From Chlamydiota bacterium (GTDB lineage: Bacteria > Chlamydiota > Chlamydiia > Chlamydiales > JAAKFR01), in NCBI GenBank assembly GCA_021772465.1, contig JAJFLX010000017.1:134531-198530 (forward strand): DNA of 64,000 nucleotides, written 5' to 3'. Both the position numbers and the translations under genes were made by a program. Below are positions 45,752 through 55,372 of the stretch, piece after piece. The first letter of the stretch is position 1; each line of letters starts with the position of its first letter. The notes below the pieces were generated by a model. The model was given only the letters and a program-made list of their open reading frames with translations. It did not search any database and was not told where the DNA came from.

Positions 45752-47041
45752 GTGAAGTTTGGAATTTTTGTACTGCTGATTTTTTGTTTAACCTTAGAAG
45801 CAAAGCAGTTAGATTTTTCAATCCGCGCTGAGGGCGCTATCCTGATCAATGGAAAAACGGGTGCGGTCCTCTTTGAAAAAAACGCCTACCACCCCACTTA
45901 CCCAGCAAGTACAACTAAAATAGCAACAGCTATTTACGCGATAAATTGCTTGAAGGAAGAGGGGTTGGCTAGAAGATTTGCAGCGAGTCAGGATTGTGTG
46001 GCGACCATTTCGCCGGGAGCTAAAAAACAGTCGAATTACCGCAGTCCGGCGCACTGGTTGGAGTCTGACAGCTCCCATGTGGGGATAAAAAGGGGGGAGG
46101 AGCTTGCCGCTCTTGACTTGCTCCACGCTATTTTGATCTCTTCAGCAAATGATGCCTCAAATGTTTTAGCCTCAGGTATATCTGGCTCTATTTCGAAGTT
46201 TATGGAGGAGCTGAACCTCTATTTCGTTGAAAGGGGGTGCAAGCAGACGTATTTTCTCAACCCCCACGGCCTTCATCATCCTGACCATACTACAACGCCT
46301 TATGACTTAGCGTTGATGGCCAAATGGGGGCTCGAGATACCCCTCTTTCGCGAGATTGTGGGTAAATCGCGCTACATCTGCCCTGAAACGAATTTGGAAT
46401 TTGAACGCACCTTTAACCAGACCAATCGACTAATCAAGCGGTGCTCGCACTTCTATCGACACGCAATTGGTGTGAAAACAGGAACGACTCAAGCTGCGGG
46501 AAAAAATTTGGTCGCTGCAGCTGAGAAAGATGGGAGACTCTTGATTGCTGTAGCTCTAGGTCATCGAGGTGATCGGGGAGGACTCTATCAGGATGTGACG
46601 GGCCTTTTCGAAGAGGCGTTCAATGAACCAATGATGCGTTGCACTTTAATCCCCAGTGGAACGACCTCTCTTGTAAAGAAGGTGCCAGGTAGCAGAAAAA
46701 AGCTCCAAACTATGTTGCAAGAGGGACTTTACTACGATTTTTACCCCGCTGAGGAGTGCCCTGTGCGCGCCACAGTGCAGTGGTCTCTCCCGAGTTTGCC
46801 TTTGGAAAAGGGAACTCCCGTTGGCAGAGTCGTTGTTGTAGACTGCTACGATCAGGTCCTTCAAGTGGCCCCTTTACTTGCAGCTTGTGATTTAAAAGGG
46901 ACACTCTTTCACCGCTTCAAAGGTTACCTAGCTGAAAACGGGCGGGGAAAAAAAATCCTAGCGTTAGCGACTCTTGGAGTGATCCTCTTCTTTTTGTGGC
47001 GAATGAGAAGAAAGCGGAGTCATCGCCCCCGCTACCTTTGA
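45752..47041 (+). CDS. dacC: D-alanyl-D-alanine carboxypeptidase (PBP5/6 class)
   Basis: SxxK PASTTKIATA, SxN ISSANDA, KTG VKTGTT. C-terminal membrane anchor. Confidence 0.88.
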   Translation: MKFGIFVLLIFCLTLEAKQLDFSIRAEGAILINGKTGAVLFEKNAYHPTYPASTTKIATAIYAINCLKEEGLARRFAASQDCVATISPGAKKQSNYRSPAHWLESDSSHVGIKRGEELAALDLLHAILISSANDASNVLASGISGSISKFMEELNLYFVERGCKQTYFLNPHGLHHPDHTTTPYDLALMAKWGLEIPLFREIVGKSRYICPETNLEFERTFNQTNRLIKRCSHFYRHAIGVKTGTTQAAGKNLVAAAEKDGRLLIAVALGHRGDRGGLYQDVTGLFEEAFNEPMMRCTLIPSGTTSLVKKVPGSRKKLQTMLQEGLYYDFYPAEECPVRATVQWSLPSLPLEKGTPVGRVVVVDCYDQVLQVAPLLAACDLKGTLFHRFKGYLAENGRGKKILALATLGVILFFLWRMRRKRSHRPRYL

Positions 47042-48159
47042 CGAAAAGTCGCCGCGAAAAAACCGTCCATCCCATCGTAGGTTGGAAGCGAAGAGAAAGG
47101 CTCTCCGATCCATTCCAGGTTGTGGTGGTGGAGGAAATGCTCGGCTTGCAGCTCATTTTCAGCTTTGAGCAAGGAGCAGGTTGCATAGACGATTTTCCCT
47201 CCAGGACGGAGATAGGCAAGAGCTTGCTCAAAGATAACCCTTTGCTCTCCGATCAACCGATTGAGCATTGCTGGGGTGAATTTCCATTTCTGGTCGGGGT
47301 TGCGCCTAAGCGTTCCAGTTCCGCTGCAAGGGGCATCGACGAGCACCCAATCCATTTTTCCAACTAAAGTGGAGAGGTGGGAGTGGCCAGCTTGTAAAAA
47401 CTGGACGTTTTGGATGCCTGCTCGTTTGAAACGTTTTTTTGCCTGCTCGAGAATGAAGCTGCGGATGTCGTGGAGGTAGAGCTGCCCTTTTCCCTCCAAG
47501 AGCGGGGCGATAGCCAAGGTTTTTCCTCCTGCACCAGCACAAAAATCGAGCATATGATCGCCAGGAGCTGCTTGAACAATCTCTGCAACGCATTGGCTAG
47601 CTTCATCTTGAATTTCAAAGTACCCCTCTTTGAATTCTGGCATTGCCACAAGGGGGGCTCTTCTTTTGAGCTGAACTCCGTAGGTGGCTTTTTCTGTGGG
47701 AAAAGCTTCAAATTCACTCAATTTTCCCACCATCTCCTCTCGGGTCGTCTTCAGAGGGTTGATTCGAATCGTAGTGGGCGCTTCGGTATTGCAGATTTGC
47801 GAGAGATAAATAGCTTTCTCTTCACCGTAGTCTTTTACAAGGAGAGAAAAAAGCTCTTGGGGAAAACTTACGCGTATATGGAGGGGGATGGTGTTCACAT
47901 AGAGGTACTGCTCGGGGCGAAATCCTCGGAAAAGAGCGTACCTTTGTTGCCATGAGGGTTCGTTTTCGATCAAGTAGTCGATAAGCCCTTGCCACCGGCA
48001 CATTCCATAGACCGCCGTTGCGATGGTTCGTCGATCTTGAGCTCCAAGCGCTTTGTAAGCGCGAAAATAGCGGCTCAAAAAAAGATCGAGCGGGAGGTGC
48101 TGGTTGTCGAACCTACGCAGGAGCTGAAAAAGGTGGTGTTCTACGAATGAGTGTTTCAT
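47032..48159 (-). CDS. rRNA (cytosine-C5)-methyltransferase, RsmB/Sun family
   Basis: MLDFCAGAGGKT, VLVDAPCSGTGTLRRNPD, VYATCS. Confidence 0.8.
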   Translation of the reverse strand: MKHSFVEHHLFQLLRRFDNQHLPLDLFLSRYFRAYKALGAQDRRTIATAVYGMCRWQGLIDYLIENEPSWQQRYALFRGFRPEQYLYVNTIPLHIRVSFPQELFSLLVKDYGEEKAIYLSQICNTEAPTTIRINPLKTTREEMVGKLSEFEAFPTEKATYGVQLKRRAPLVAMPEFKEGYFEIQDEASQCVAEIVQAAPGDHMLDFCAGAGGKTLAIAPLLEGKGQLYLHDIRSFILEQAKKRFKRAGIQNVQFLQAGHSHLSTLVGKMDWVLVDAPCSGTGTLRRNPDQKWKFTPAMLNRLIGEQRVIFEQALAYLRPGGKIVYATCSLLKAENELQAEHFLHHHNLEWIGEPFSSLPTYDGMDGFFAATFRQR

Positions 48160-48216
48160 TTATTTACAAAAAATGATACCTCTTAACCCATAAACAATCA
48201 ACTTTTGGGGATTCTG

Positions 48217-48660
48217 ATGGAGAAGCAATGTTGCCATCGAAGTCGTTGGAAAACAGGGATTGGCCCTTTTTTTGGACGATTTTTAATCAGTCTAATTTTT
48301 ATTTTGGCAGGTGTCGGCAAAGCGCTCGATTTCAAAGGAGCTGTGGATTCACTCGCGAGCACTGGAATCCCTGGAGCCTCTGTTTGGATTTTTATAGCCC
48401 TTGTGATGGAGCTTGTGGGGGGTATTTTGCTCCTTTTGGGGTGGTTTACTCCTTTTGCCGTCTATGTATTGATGATTTTTCTGCTTCCTGTCACCTTTAT
48501 TTTTCATGGTTTTTGGAATTACCCAGATGCAGAGAGGGCCCTGCAGCTCTCGATTTTTCTAAGAAATCTCACCATCTACGGCGGACTTCTCCTCTTGCTC
48601 AGCTTTGGTCCGGGGCGGTGGAGTATTGATGCGACGCGGTGTACTCGTCCTCGCGAATGA
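48217..48660 (+). CDS. DoxX-family membrane protein
   Basis: Four TM segments, FLISLIFILAGVGKALDF pattern, about 147 aa. Confidence 0.6.
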   Translation: MEKQCCHRSRWKTGIGPFFGRFLISLIFILAGVGKALDFKGAVDSLASTGIPGASVWIFIALVMELVGGILLLLGWFTPFAVYVLMIFLLPVTFIFHGFWNYPDAERALQLSIFLRNLTIYGGLLLLLSFGPGRWSIDATRCTRPRE

Positions 48661-50252
48661 GCTGGCTTCTCCTCTCCTTTCTCATCGTCGCTGGAGCTCA
48701 GCCCGATTGGAGTCCCACTTTGTGTGTGCTCGCATCCTCTGTTGGCTACGCCATTTTTTGGAAAGGGATGCTCCTTGCCCCTAAAAAGCGTTCACGCTTC
48801 AGTTTAGCCCTCATTTGGTTTGCATCGATCCAGGTCGTGCAGCTCAGCTGGTTTTTTTCTGACAGGTATGTGGGGTACTACATTTATGGGGTCGTGGGGC
48901 TTTTAGCTTTGGGATTGGGCGTTCAGTTTGCTTTTCTCTCCCTTTTCATCAGAAAGTCGATGCGGCTGGGCAATATGCTTGCTCTTTGCGGGGCGTGGGC
49001 GCTTTTTGAGTGGATCCGCCTCCATTTTTTATCGGGCTACACGTGGAACCCTTCGGGGCTCGCTCTTTCGGCGACGCTTCCCGGCATGCAGCTCGCATCG
49101 CTTGTGGGTATCTTTGGAATGGGTTTTTGGGTTTTTTTTACCAACCTGGTTGCTCTAAAATGTCTGACAAAGTTTTCATGGCTCGCATTTGCCCGTTTTG
49201 GGGTGATTGCCCTTGCCCCATACATCTATGGCTCGGCTGTAATCGCATTTCATGGATATCAGATGGAGCAAGAGAAGCGATCTCTTTCAGCTCTCGTTGT
49301 TCAACCTGCGCGTTATCCTGAAGAGAAAATTTCCATTGCAGGCTCCACACCTCCCCCTCCCTCATCTCTGTGGCGAGACATTTTCTCTTTGCTCACACCC
49401 TACTTGGGTACTGAGCACCAGTTGATCCTCGCCCCTGAAGCGGTGGTTCCCTATGGAGCTTTTTCGCCGATCTATTCTAAAGAGGGGGCAGCGCGCCTCT
49501 TTGAGTCTTATTTCGATGTGATGCCCGAAACCCCTAGCTCGGATGTTGGCAATGCATTTTTTGCCCAGGCTCTCGCCGATCGATTTGAGGCTGATGTGAT
49601 CATCGGGCTAGAAGATGGGGCTTACAACGCCGCATTTCTCTTTCGTCCGGGTCAAACTTCTATTAATCGGTATGAAAAACGGATCCTCGTTCCCATGGGG
49701 GAGTATATTCCTTTCAAATGGTGCAAAAAAATCCTTTCGAAATATGGGATTCTCGACTCTTTCACTCCCGGGAAAGAGGCCAAAGTATTTGAGGCCGCGG
49801 GACTTTTAACGGGGATATCAATCTGCTACGAAGAGACTTATGGGCATCTCATGCGTGAGAGTCATAAAAAAGGGGCAGCTCTACTTGTCAACCTCACCAA
49901 CGATGTGTGGTACCCCAGATCACGCCTTCCACTCGTTCATTTCTACCATGGAAGACTGCGGGCTGTCGAAGCGGGTATCCCTTTGATTCGTGCATGCAAC
50001 ACTGGGGTTACCTGTGGTGTAGATAGTCTTGGACGGACTGTCGCGTTTCTCCCTTACGAAACGAGCAGAGAGCCCTCTGAGCCCGGGATTCTCGAGCTCG
50101 ATCTCCCCCTCTATTCTTTGAGTACTCCCTACACACTTTGGGGGGATTGGCCTGTGCTCGCGCTCTCGATTGTTTTTTTAATAGTGAGCCCCAGTAGAAG
50201 AAAGTATTTGGATTTAAGTAGTTTAACTGTTTTTTGCTTGCGCAAAAACTAA
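48657..50252 (+). CDS. lnt: Apolipoprotein N-acyltransferase
   Basis: N-terminal polytopic domain plus CN-hydrolase domain (RILVPMGEYIPF, ISICYEETYG, LVNLTNDVWY). ATGA overlap with the DoxX gene. Confidence 0.85.
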   Translation: MSWLLLSFLIVAGAQPDWSPTLCVLASSVGYAIFWKGMLLAPKKRSRFSLALIWFASIQVVQLSWFFSDRYVGYYIYGVVGLLALGLGVQFAFLSLFIRKSMRLGNMLALCGAWALFEWIRLHFLSGYTWNPSGLALSATLPGMQLASLVGIFGMGFWVFFTNLVALKCLTKFSWLAFARFGVIALAPYIYGSAVIAFHGYQMEQEKRSLSALVVQPARYPEEKISIAGSTPPPPSSLWRDIFSLLTPYLGTEHQLILAPEAVVPYGAFSPIYSKEGAARLFESYFDVMPETPSSDVGNAFFAQALADRFEADVIIGLEDGAYNAAFLFRPGQTSINRYEKRILVPMGEYIPFKWCKKILSKYGILDSFTPGKEAKVFEAAGLLTGISICYEETYGHLMRESHKKGAALLVNLTNDVWYPRSRLPLVHFYHGRLRAVEAGIPLIRACNTGVTCGVDSLGRTVAFLPYETSREPSEPGILELDLPLYSLSTPYTLWGDWPVLALSIVFLIVSPSRRKYLDLSSLTVFCLRKN

Positions 50253-50293
50253 ATATACGCTACCGTCTTACCTTTTTCGTGTCAGGAGCAAAT

Positions 50294-51142
50294 GTGCGAA
50301 TCCGTCCGCAGCAAACGTTGAAAAAAGAGGTCTCCTTTTCCGGTGTGGGTATACACACCGGCAAAGAGGTAGAGATTCGTTTTTGTGGCGCCCCTGAAAA
50401 TACTGGGATTGTTTTTCAGCGGATGGATCTTCCTGGGCACCCTAAAATTCCAGCTACTGCCTCTTATGTGCAAGATACTTCTCGAAGTACCACGATTGGA
50501 ATTGAAAAGGCCTCCGTACAGACAGTCGAACACGTTTTAGCCGCACTTCACGCCTACCAAATCGACAATTTGATTGTGCAGGTCAATGCTGGAGAGCCTC
50601 CAGCTGGCGATGGAAGCTCAAAGCCTTTTGTGGAAATGATTGAATCGGCGGGAATTGAAGAGCTAGGGGCTGATCGACAGGTTTTATCGTTAGAAAAGCC
50701 TCTCTATTTCTCAGAAAATGAGACCCATCTCATTGCGCTCCCTGCTGAAGGGTTTCGGGTGAGCTACACTCTCCACTATCCCGAGAGTTTAGTCATCCGA
50801 TCTCAATATTTTTCATCTCCCGTTACACCCGCTCTTTTTAAAGAGGGGATTGCGATGTGCCGCACTTTTGCCCTCTATGAAGAGATTACAGCCTTGATGG
50901 ATTTAGGCTTGATTCGTGGAGGGAGTTTAGACAATGCAATTGTGATCAAAGGAGAAGAGATTCTTTGCAAAGAGGGGCTTCGGTTTCCCGATGAGATGGC
51001 GCGGCACAAGGCACTTGATTTGATAGGAGATCTTGCATTGGTAGGCTTTCCTTTTGAGGCGCATATCATTGCCATACGCGCAGGGCATAGGGCTAATGTG
51101 GCTCTTGCCAAAGAAATTATGAACCACTTCGCTTCCCAATAG
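50294..51142 (+). CDS. lpxC: UDP-3-O-acyl-N-acetylglucosamine deacetylase
   Basis: QQTLKKEVSFSGVGIHTGKEV, HKALDLIGDLAL. GTG 50294 lies 5 nt after AGGAG. The ORF opens at 50234. Confidence 0.9.
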   Translation: MRIRPQQTLKKEVSFSGVGIHTGKEVEIRFCGAPENTGIVFQRMDLPGHPKIPATASYVQDTSRSTTIGIEKASVQTVEHVLAALHAYQIDNLIVQVNAGEPPAGDGSSKPFVEMIESAGIEELGADRQVLSLEKPLYFSENETHLIALPAEGFRVSYTLHYPESLVIRSQYFSSPVTPALFKEGIAMCRTFALYEEITALMDLGLIRGGSLDNAIVIKGEEILCKEGLRFPDEMARHKALDLIGDLALVGFPFEAHIIAIRAGHRANVALAKEIMNHFASQ

Positions 51143-51151
51143 GAGGAGTCG

Positions 51152-51619
51152 ATGACAGAGTATGATGTGCAAACACCTACGTTGTTTGACATAAAAAAAA
51201 TTCGAGAGATATTGCCTCACCGCTATCCTTTTTTGCTTGTCGATAAAATTGTAGAAATGGATTTAGAGAAGCCTTCGATTTTAGGGCAGAAAAATCTCAC
51301 GATGAATGAGGACTTCTTCCAGGGGCATTTTCCCGATGCACCTATTATGCCTGGAGTGTTGATTCTAGAGGCTCTTGCTCAGACAGGGGGGATTCTCGTT
51401 CACGAAAAGGGATTTAGAGATAAAATTGCTCTTTTCTTATCAGTAGCCCATGCTAAATTTCGCAATCCGGTTAAGCCGGGAGACATTTTGCTGCTCTATG
51501 CTGAGGGGACTATCTTCAGCAGTAAAGGGGGACGAGTGAAAACTAGAGCTACAGTAGGCTCGAAGGTGGCTGTAGAGGCAGAGCTTGGCTTTGCGCTTGT
51601 GAAAAAAGAACAAATTTAG
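51152..51619 (+). CDS. fabZ: 3-hydroxyacyl-ACP dehydratase
   Basis: [36 protein letters not shown]. Confidence 0.93.
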   Translation: MTEYDVQTPTLFDIKKIREILPHRYPFLLVDKIVEMDLEKPSILGQKNLTMNEDFFQGHFPDAPIMPGVLILEALAQTGGILVHEKGFRDKIALFLSVAHAKFRNPVKPGDILLLYAEGTIFSSKGGRVKTRATVGSKVAVEAELGFALVKKEQI

Positions 51620-51639
51620 ACAAGGTTCAGAGGAGAAGT

Positions 51640-52521
51640 ATGCCCCAATCAAATATTCATCCAGCGGCTTTTATCGAACCAGGTGCCACCCTTGGTAAGG
51701 GGGTTACAATCGAACCTTACGCCGTTATAAAAAAGGATGTGGTTTTAGAAGATGGAGTCACAATCAAAGCGCACGCCTACATTGACGGCCATACCCGAAT
51801 CGGCAGTGGAACCACGATCTGGCCTTCAGCTAGTATTGGAACTAAAACACAGGATTTGAAATACAACGGTGAAACAACTTATGTGATCATTGGAAAAAAC
51901 TGCGAGATCCGTGAGTTTACTACGATCAATAGCTCCACATTCGAGGGGACGACAGTTCGTGTGGGAGATCGCTGCTTGATCATGGCTTACTGTCACATCG
52001 CCCACAATTGTGAGGTAGGAAGTGATGTGATTATGAGCAACAATTCGATGCTTGCGGGACATGTGACCGTTGAAGACTTTGCGATCATTGGGGGGATGAC
52101 TCCTGTTCATCAATTCACTCGGATTGGGTGCCACGCTATGGTTGGGGGCATGAGCCGCGTCACGCATGACGTCCCTCCCTTCACAGTTGGAGGGGGAATT
52201 CCCTACTCCTTGGGGGGGATCAATCGAATTGGGTTGAAGCGGCGGAATTTTCCCTTTGAAACAAGAAAAGCCTTAGCCACCGCTTACCGTTTGCTCTATA
52301 GATCACAACTTCTTCCCGAGGAAGCGCTTAAGCGAATTGAATTGGAGGTTCCAAAACTCCCTGAAGTGCAACATTTTGTGGAATTTTGCCGCTCTACTAA
52401 ACGGGGAATGATCGGGATGCAAGGCATTCATCAAGGGATTTCTAATAAGCGGATAGGGATGCGCAAAGAAGAGAGTGATGTCTCACCTGAAGACCTTCTT
52501 GTAGAAATGGGGCTTCACTGA
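51640..52521 (+). CDS. lpxA: Acyl-ACP--UDP-N-acetylglucosamine O-acyltransferase
   Basis: Left-handed beta-helix hexapeptide repeats from IHPAAFIEPGATLGKGV. Position between fabZ and fmt. Confidence 0.9.
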   Translation: MPQSNIHPAAFIEPGATLGKGVTIEPYAVIKKDVVLEDGVTIKAHAYIDGHTRIGSGTTIWPSASIGTKTQDLKYNGETTYVIIGKNCEIREFTTINSSTFEGTTVRVGDRCLIMAYCHIAHNCEVGSDVIMSNNSMLAGHVTVEDFAIIGGMTPVHQFTRIGCHAMVGGMSRVTHDVPPFTVGGGIPYSLGGINRIGLKRRNFPFETRKALATAYRLLYRSQLLPEEALKRIELEVPKLPEVQHFVEFCRSTKRGMIGMQGIHQGISNKRIGMRKEESDVSPEDLLVEMGLH

Positions 52522-52526
52522 AATCC

Positions 52527-53459
52527 ATGAGGATTGTTTTTTTTGGAACGCCCGAGATCTCTGCTACCATTTTAAGGGATCTCGCTCGAAGGCCTCTTGA
52601 AATTGTTGGTGTCGTCTCTCGTCCTGATAAGCCTAAAGGACGCTCAAAAGAGCCCCAACCTACGGCTGTAAAACAGGCGGCCATTGAACTTGGTCTCCCT
52701 CTTTTTCAACCTGTGAAGGTTTCTACGTCAGAGTTTGCCGACCAGCTCAGCTCGTTTCGCGCAGATCTTTTTGTAGTTGTTGCCTATGCTGAGATTCTTA
52801 AAGAGAGCATTTTAGAGATCCCCCCTCTTGGATGCATCAATGTACATGGAAGTTTGCTTCCTAAGTATCGAGGGGCAGCTCCCATCCAGCGCGCTATCAT
52901 GGCAGGGGAGCGGCTCACTGGGGTCTCGATCATGCGACTCATTCGAGAGATGGATGCTGGCGCTGTGTATGCCCAACAAGAGATTCCCATTTCGGATGAG
53001 ATGACAAGTGGGGAGCTTTTCATTCAGATGGCCGAGGTGGGAAAAGAGCTGCTCTGGAAGGTCATTCAAGAGCTTGAAGCAGGAAGAGCGCAAGCTATTG
53101 CGCAAGAAGACTCTCAGGCAACTTTCGCTCCCAAAGTAACGGCTTGCGACCGAGAAGTAGACTGGAATAAACCGGCTCAGCAAATCCACGACCAAATTCG
53201 CGGGCTCACGCCCAACCCAGGAGCTTATTGCTATGTGTCGGTTGAGGGAGTAAAAAAAAGAGTCCGCATTTGGAAAACACGTGTTCACTCTGACCTTTCA
53301 GGCGCGCCGGGTCAGGTTTTCTCTTCAAACGGTGCACAATTGATCATTGCTTGCACGCATGGCGCTCTTGAATTGCTAGATATTCAACCTGAAGGGAAAA
53401 GAATCATGAGTACTCAACAGTTTCTCTGTGGTACACCGATTAGTAAATTAAATTTTTAA
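52527..53459 (+). CDS. fmt: Methionyl-tRNA formyltransferase
   Basis: MRIVFFGTPE, INVHGSLLPKYRGAAPIQRAI. Confidence 0.92.
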   Translation: MRIVFFGTPEISATILRDLARRPLEIVGVVSRPDKPKGRSKEPQPTAVKQAAIELGLPLFQPVKVSTSEFADQLSSFRADLFVVVAYAEILKESILEIPPLGCINVHGSLLPKYRGAAPIQRAIMAGERLTGVSIMRLIREMDAGAVYAQQEIPISDEMTSGELFIQMAEVGKELLWKVIQELEAGRAQAIAQEDSQATFAPKVTACDREVDWNKPAQQIHDQIRGLTPNPGAYCYVSVEGVKKRVRIWKTRVHSDLSGAPGQVFSSNGAQLIIACTHGALELLDIQPEGKRIMSTQQFLCGTPISKLNF

Positions 53460-53529
53460 CACGTAGTCGTTTAGGCTTTACAATTAGCTCTTAGATGTTC
53501 TATTCTCTTCTCTCACAAAAGGAACAACT

Positions 53530-54504
53530 ATGCCCTGTGGTATTTTTACGCCCTCTCCAAGTAGCTTTCTCGATCACTGCGCCCGTTTTTTCAAGACGAC
53601 AACAGGAACGGAAAAGTCGCTCAAGCTCTTCAAAAAAGGGGTTCTTCCTCTCTCTCTTGAGCTTGCGCGTGTTTTTCACGCATCTGATGAGTCTATTGCT
53701 CGCATAGGACGAAGTCAGTCAATTGTTAATATCACAGCCGATGCACTTGGCTTTGGAAAAATCTTTCGTGGTGTGATTCCGGGCCTTTACAAAGGGGGCA
53801 AAAGCAATGTCGCTCTTGCAAAAGCGCTTCTACGCGGTGAAGAAGAGTATGTTATGCGTTCCACTTCCAAGTTTGTCTTGAATAAGGACGATGTGGAATC
53901 GATGACGATCTTTGGTAAACCTCAAAAGCGCGGCGGTTCCGATCCTGTTTATTGCGCAAAAAAGGTGAAGGTGGAATTCAGTACAAATGCTGGATTAAAA
54001 TTTGAGAAACATGTCGCTTTCAACCAAAAAGCGGTGGGAAGGCTTGAGATGATCACGGTGCTCGCTAGAAACATCCTTCAGTGGCTTGGAGGCTTTACCT
54101 TTCTTTTAGGCTTTGGGATCTCTCGCCCTATTAGTCGGATTGAATCATGGGGAAAATTTCACTCTTCCAGCCGTGGAATTCAAGAAATTAGTGGGATTTT
54201 CCCTCATCTGATGTGTCTCAACCACTTCTCTGCATTGACTGAAAACATTTTGAATATCTCTTATCAAACCCAAGCGCTTGAAAGGGAAATTTCTCAAAGT
54301 GTTACAGATGATGATGAGGCATACCGAGAATACGAGCAGCAAGTTGTCGCTAGCTCTTATACCATTGCTGAAAAATCACTTGAATTGATTATGGATGGGG
54401 TCAATTACGCTCGCGTCGCTAAGCTTGCTCCTGCATGGTTTAGCATTCTTGTCGAGGGCGGATCTGCGAGTCTCGGTTTTTATAAAGTTTGGAGAGAGGC
54501 TTGA
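53530..54504 (+). CDS. Hypothetical protein with internal hydrophobic segments; occupies the fmt-rplC position held by CT529/Cap1 in C. trachomatis
   Basis: AAGGA RBS before the ATG. Hydrophobic stretches ITVLARNILQWLGGFTFLLGFGI and APAWFSILVEGGSASLGF. No recognisable enzymatic motif. Confidence 0.55.
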   Translation: MPCGIFTPSPSSFLDHCARFFKTTTGTEKSLKLFKKGVLPLSLELARVFHASDESIARIGRSQSIVNITADALGFGKIFRGVIPGLYKGGKSNVALAKALLRGEEEYVMRSTSKFVLNKDDVESMTIFGKPQKRGGSDPVYCAKKVKVEFSTNAGLKFEKHVAFNQKAVGRLEMITVLARNILQWLGGFTFLLGFGISRPISRIESWGKFHSSSRGIQEISGIFPHLMCLNHFSALTENILNISYQTQALEREISQSVTDDDEAYREYEQQVVASSYTIAEKSLELIMDGVNYARVAKLAPAWFSILVEGGSASLGFYKVWREA

Positions 54505-54664
54505 ATCTCTCTTCAAGAGAAATAAGCGGCATTCTCAGACTTTTTGAACAGACGAGCCTTCAGGGCCTGTTGTCCCAATGGCGTCTAATTCGGTCATTTT
54601 TTTTGTCCGACTACCCTATTTTTAAGCTTAATTCGGATAGTTCTGTTGAAAAATGTCCGAATTC

Positions 54665-54784
54665 GTCGCCCCTGAATAATAGCATTGATCGGGCCCAGAG
54701 CGTGTTTTTGAGAAGCGCCTGAGCGATCAACTCAACGCCAACCATGAGTTGATGATCTTCGCTGAAGTAATGGATTGGGAGACT
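54665..54784 (+). pseudogene. IS5-type (DUF772 N-terminal domain) transposase fragment, repeat copy 1
   Basis: Translates to ...ERVFEKRLSDQLNANHELMIFAEVMDWET, the L-N-P-x-H-P-L...ID-W pattern of DUF772. There is no start codon and a stop lies upstream in frame. 116/120 identical to 56191-56234 plus 56354-56429. Confidence 0.6.
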
Positions 54785-54826
54785 ATATTTCAATTGGGGA
54801 AATTTGAGACATGCTGAGAAAAGTAG

Positions 54827-55021
54827 GCTATTGCAAGTATTCGCAATCGCTCGAGACAAACCAAGGGATCTGGATCGCGAAATGCGACACTATCAATGGT
54901 ATTCAAGTTATCCATGGAGACAGAAAAAAGATGGAGCCGACTGAATGGAGCGATGCTGATTTCCAAGCTTGTAAGCGGAGTGAAATTTCAGGATAGAGAA
55001 GAGGTGAAAAAGGCAGCATAA
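54827..55021 (+). pseudogene. IS256-family (Mutator-type) transposase C-terminal fragment
   Basis: AIASIRNRSRQTKGSGSRNATLSMVFKLSMETEKRWSRLNGAMLISKLVSGVKFQDREEVKKAA* follows the family C-terminus pattern (FATVRHRT.RTKG...MVFKL...W.RL.G...L.KVI.GV.F.DG). Only 64 codons remain. Confidence 0.6.
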
Positions 55022-55372
55022 AATCAACTTTCGAGGATAAGCTAATAGGCTCGAGACACAATTTTTGACAATAGCTCGGTTCCCCTCATCATCGTACTAT
55101 ATCCACTCAGCCCTATGAGGGACCTCTTTTTTTGTAATAAAAAAAAGAGCATGCCTTGCTGGGGCTCTTTTGTTTAAACAAATCTTTATATTTTCAACTG
55201 CTCTAGGGTCCTTTTAAGCCTCTTATGCCCTTTATCTCCCCCGCAACGCAAGTTTACTAAGGTGAGGAGGTCAATCTTTACCAGGATAGGACCACCAACT
55301 GATACGTTCTTAATGAAAAATTAACACTTGTTGTGTATACTGGTTCCAATTCAGTTGAACAGGGAGCAAAAA

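Noticed and set aside
54630-54663. Perfect 8-bp inverted repeat aattcgga...tccgaatt with an 18-nt loop, immediately left of IS repeat copy 1. Considered as an IS terminal structure or terminator.
   Set aside because: It is absent from the corresponding position of copy 2, has an AT-rich stem and is not followed by a U-tract. Its function cannot be supported.
54489-54722. 77-aa ORF running from the end of the 53530 gene into the IS fragment.
   Set aside because: It crosses the repeat boundary and reads the IS fragment in a frame other than the DUF772 frame. Most likely fortuitous.
55085-55175. Two hairpins (ccctcat...atgaggg followed by a T-run, and aaaagagc...gctctttt) considered as terminators after the IS256 fragment.
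   Set aside because: Stems are short or AT-rich and loops are large (13 and 25 nt). Plausible but too weak to annotate.
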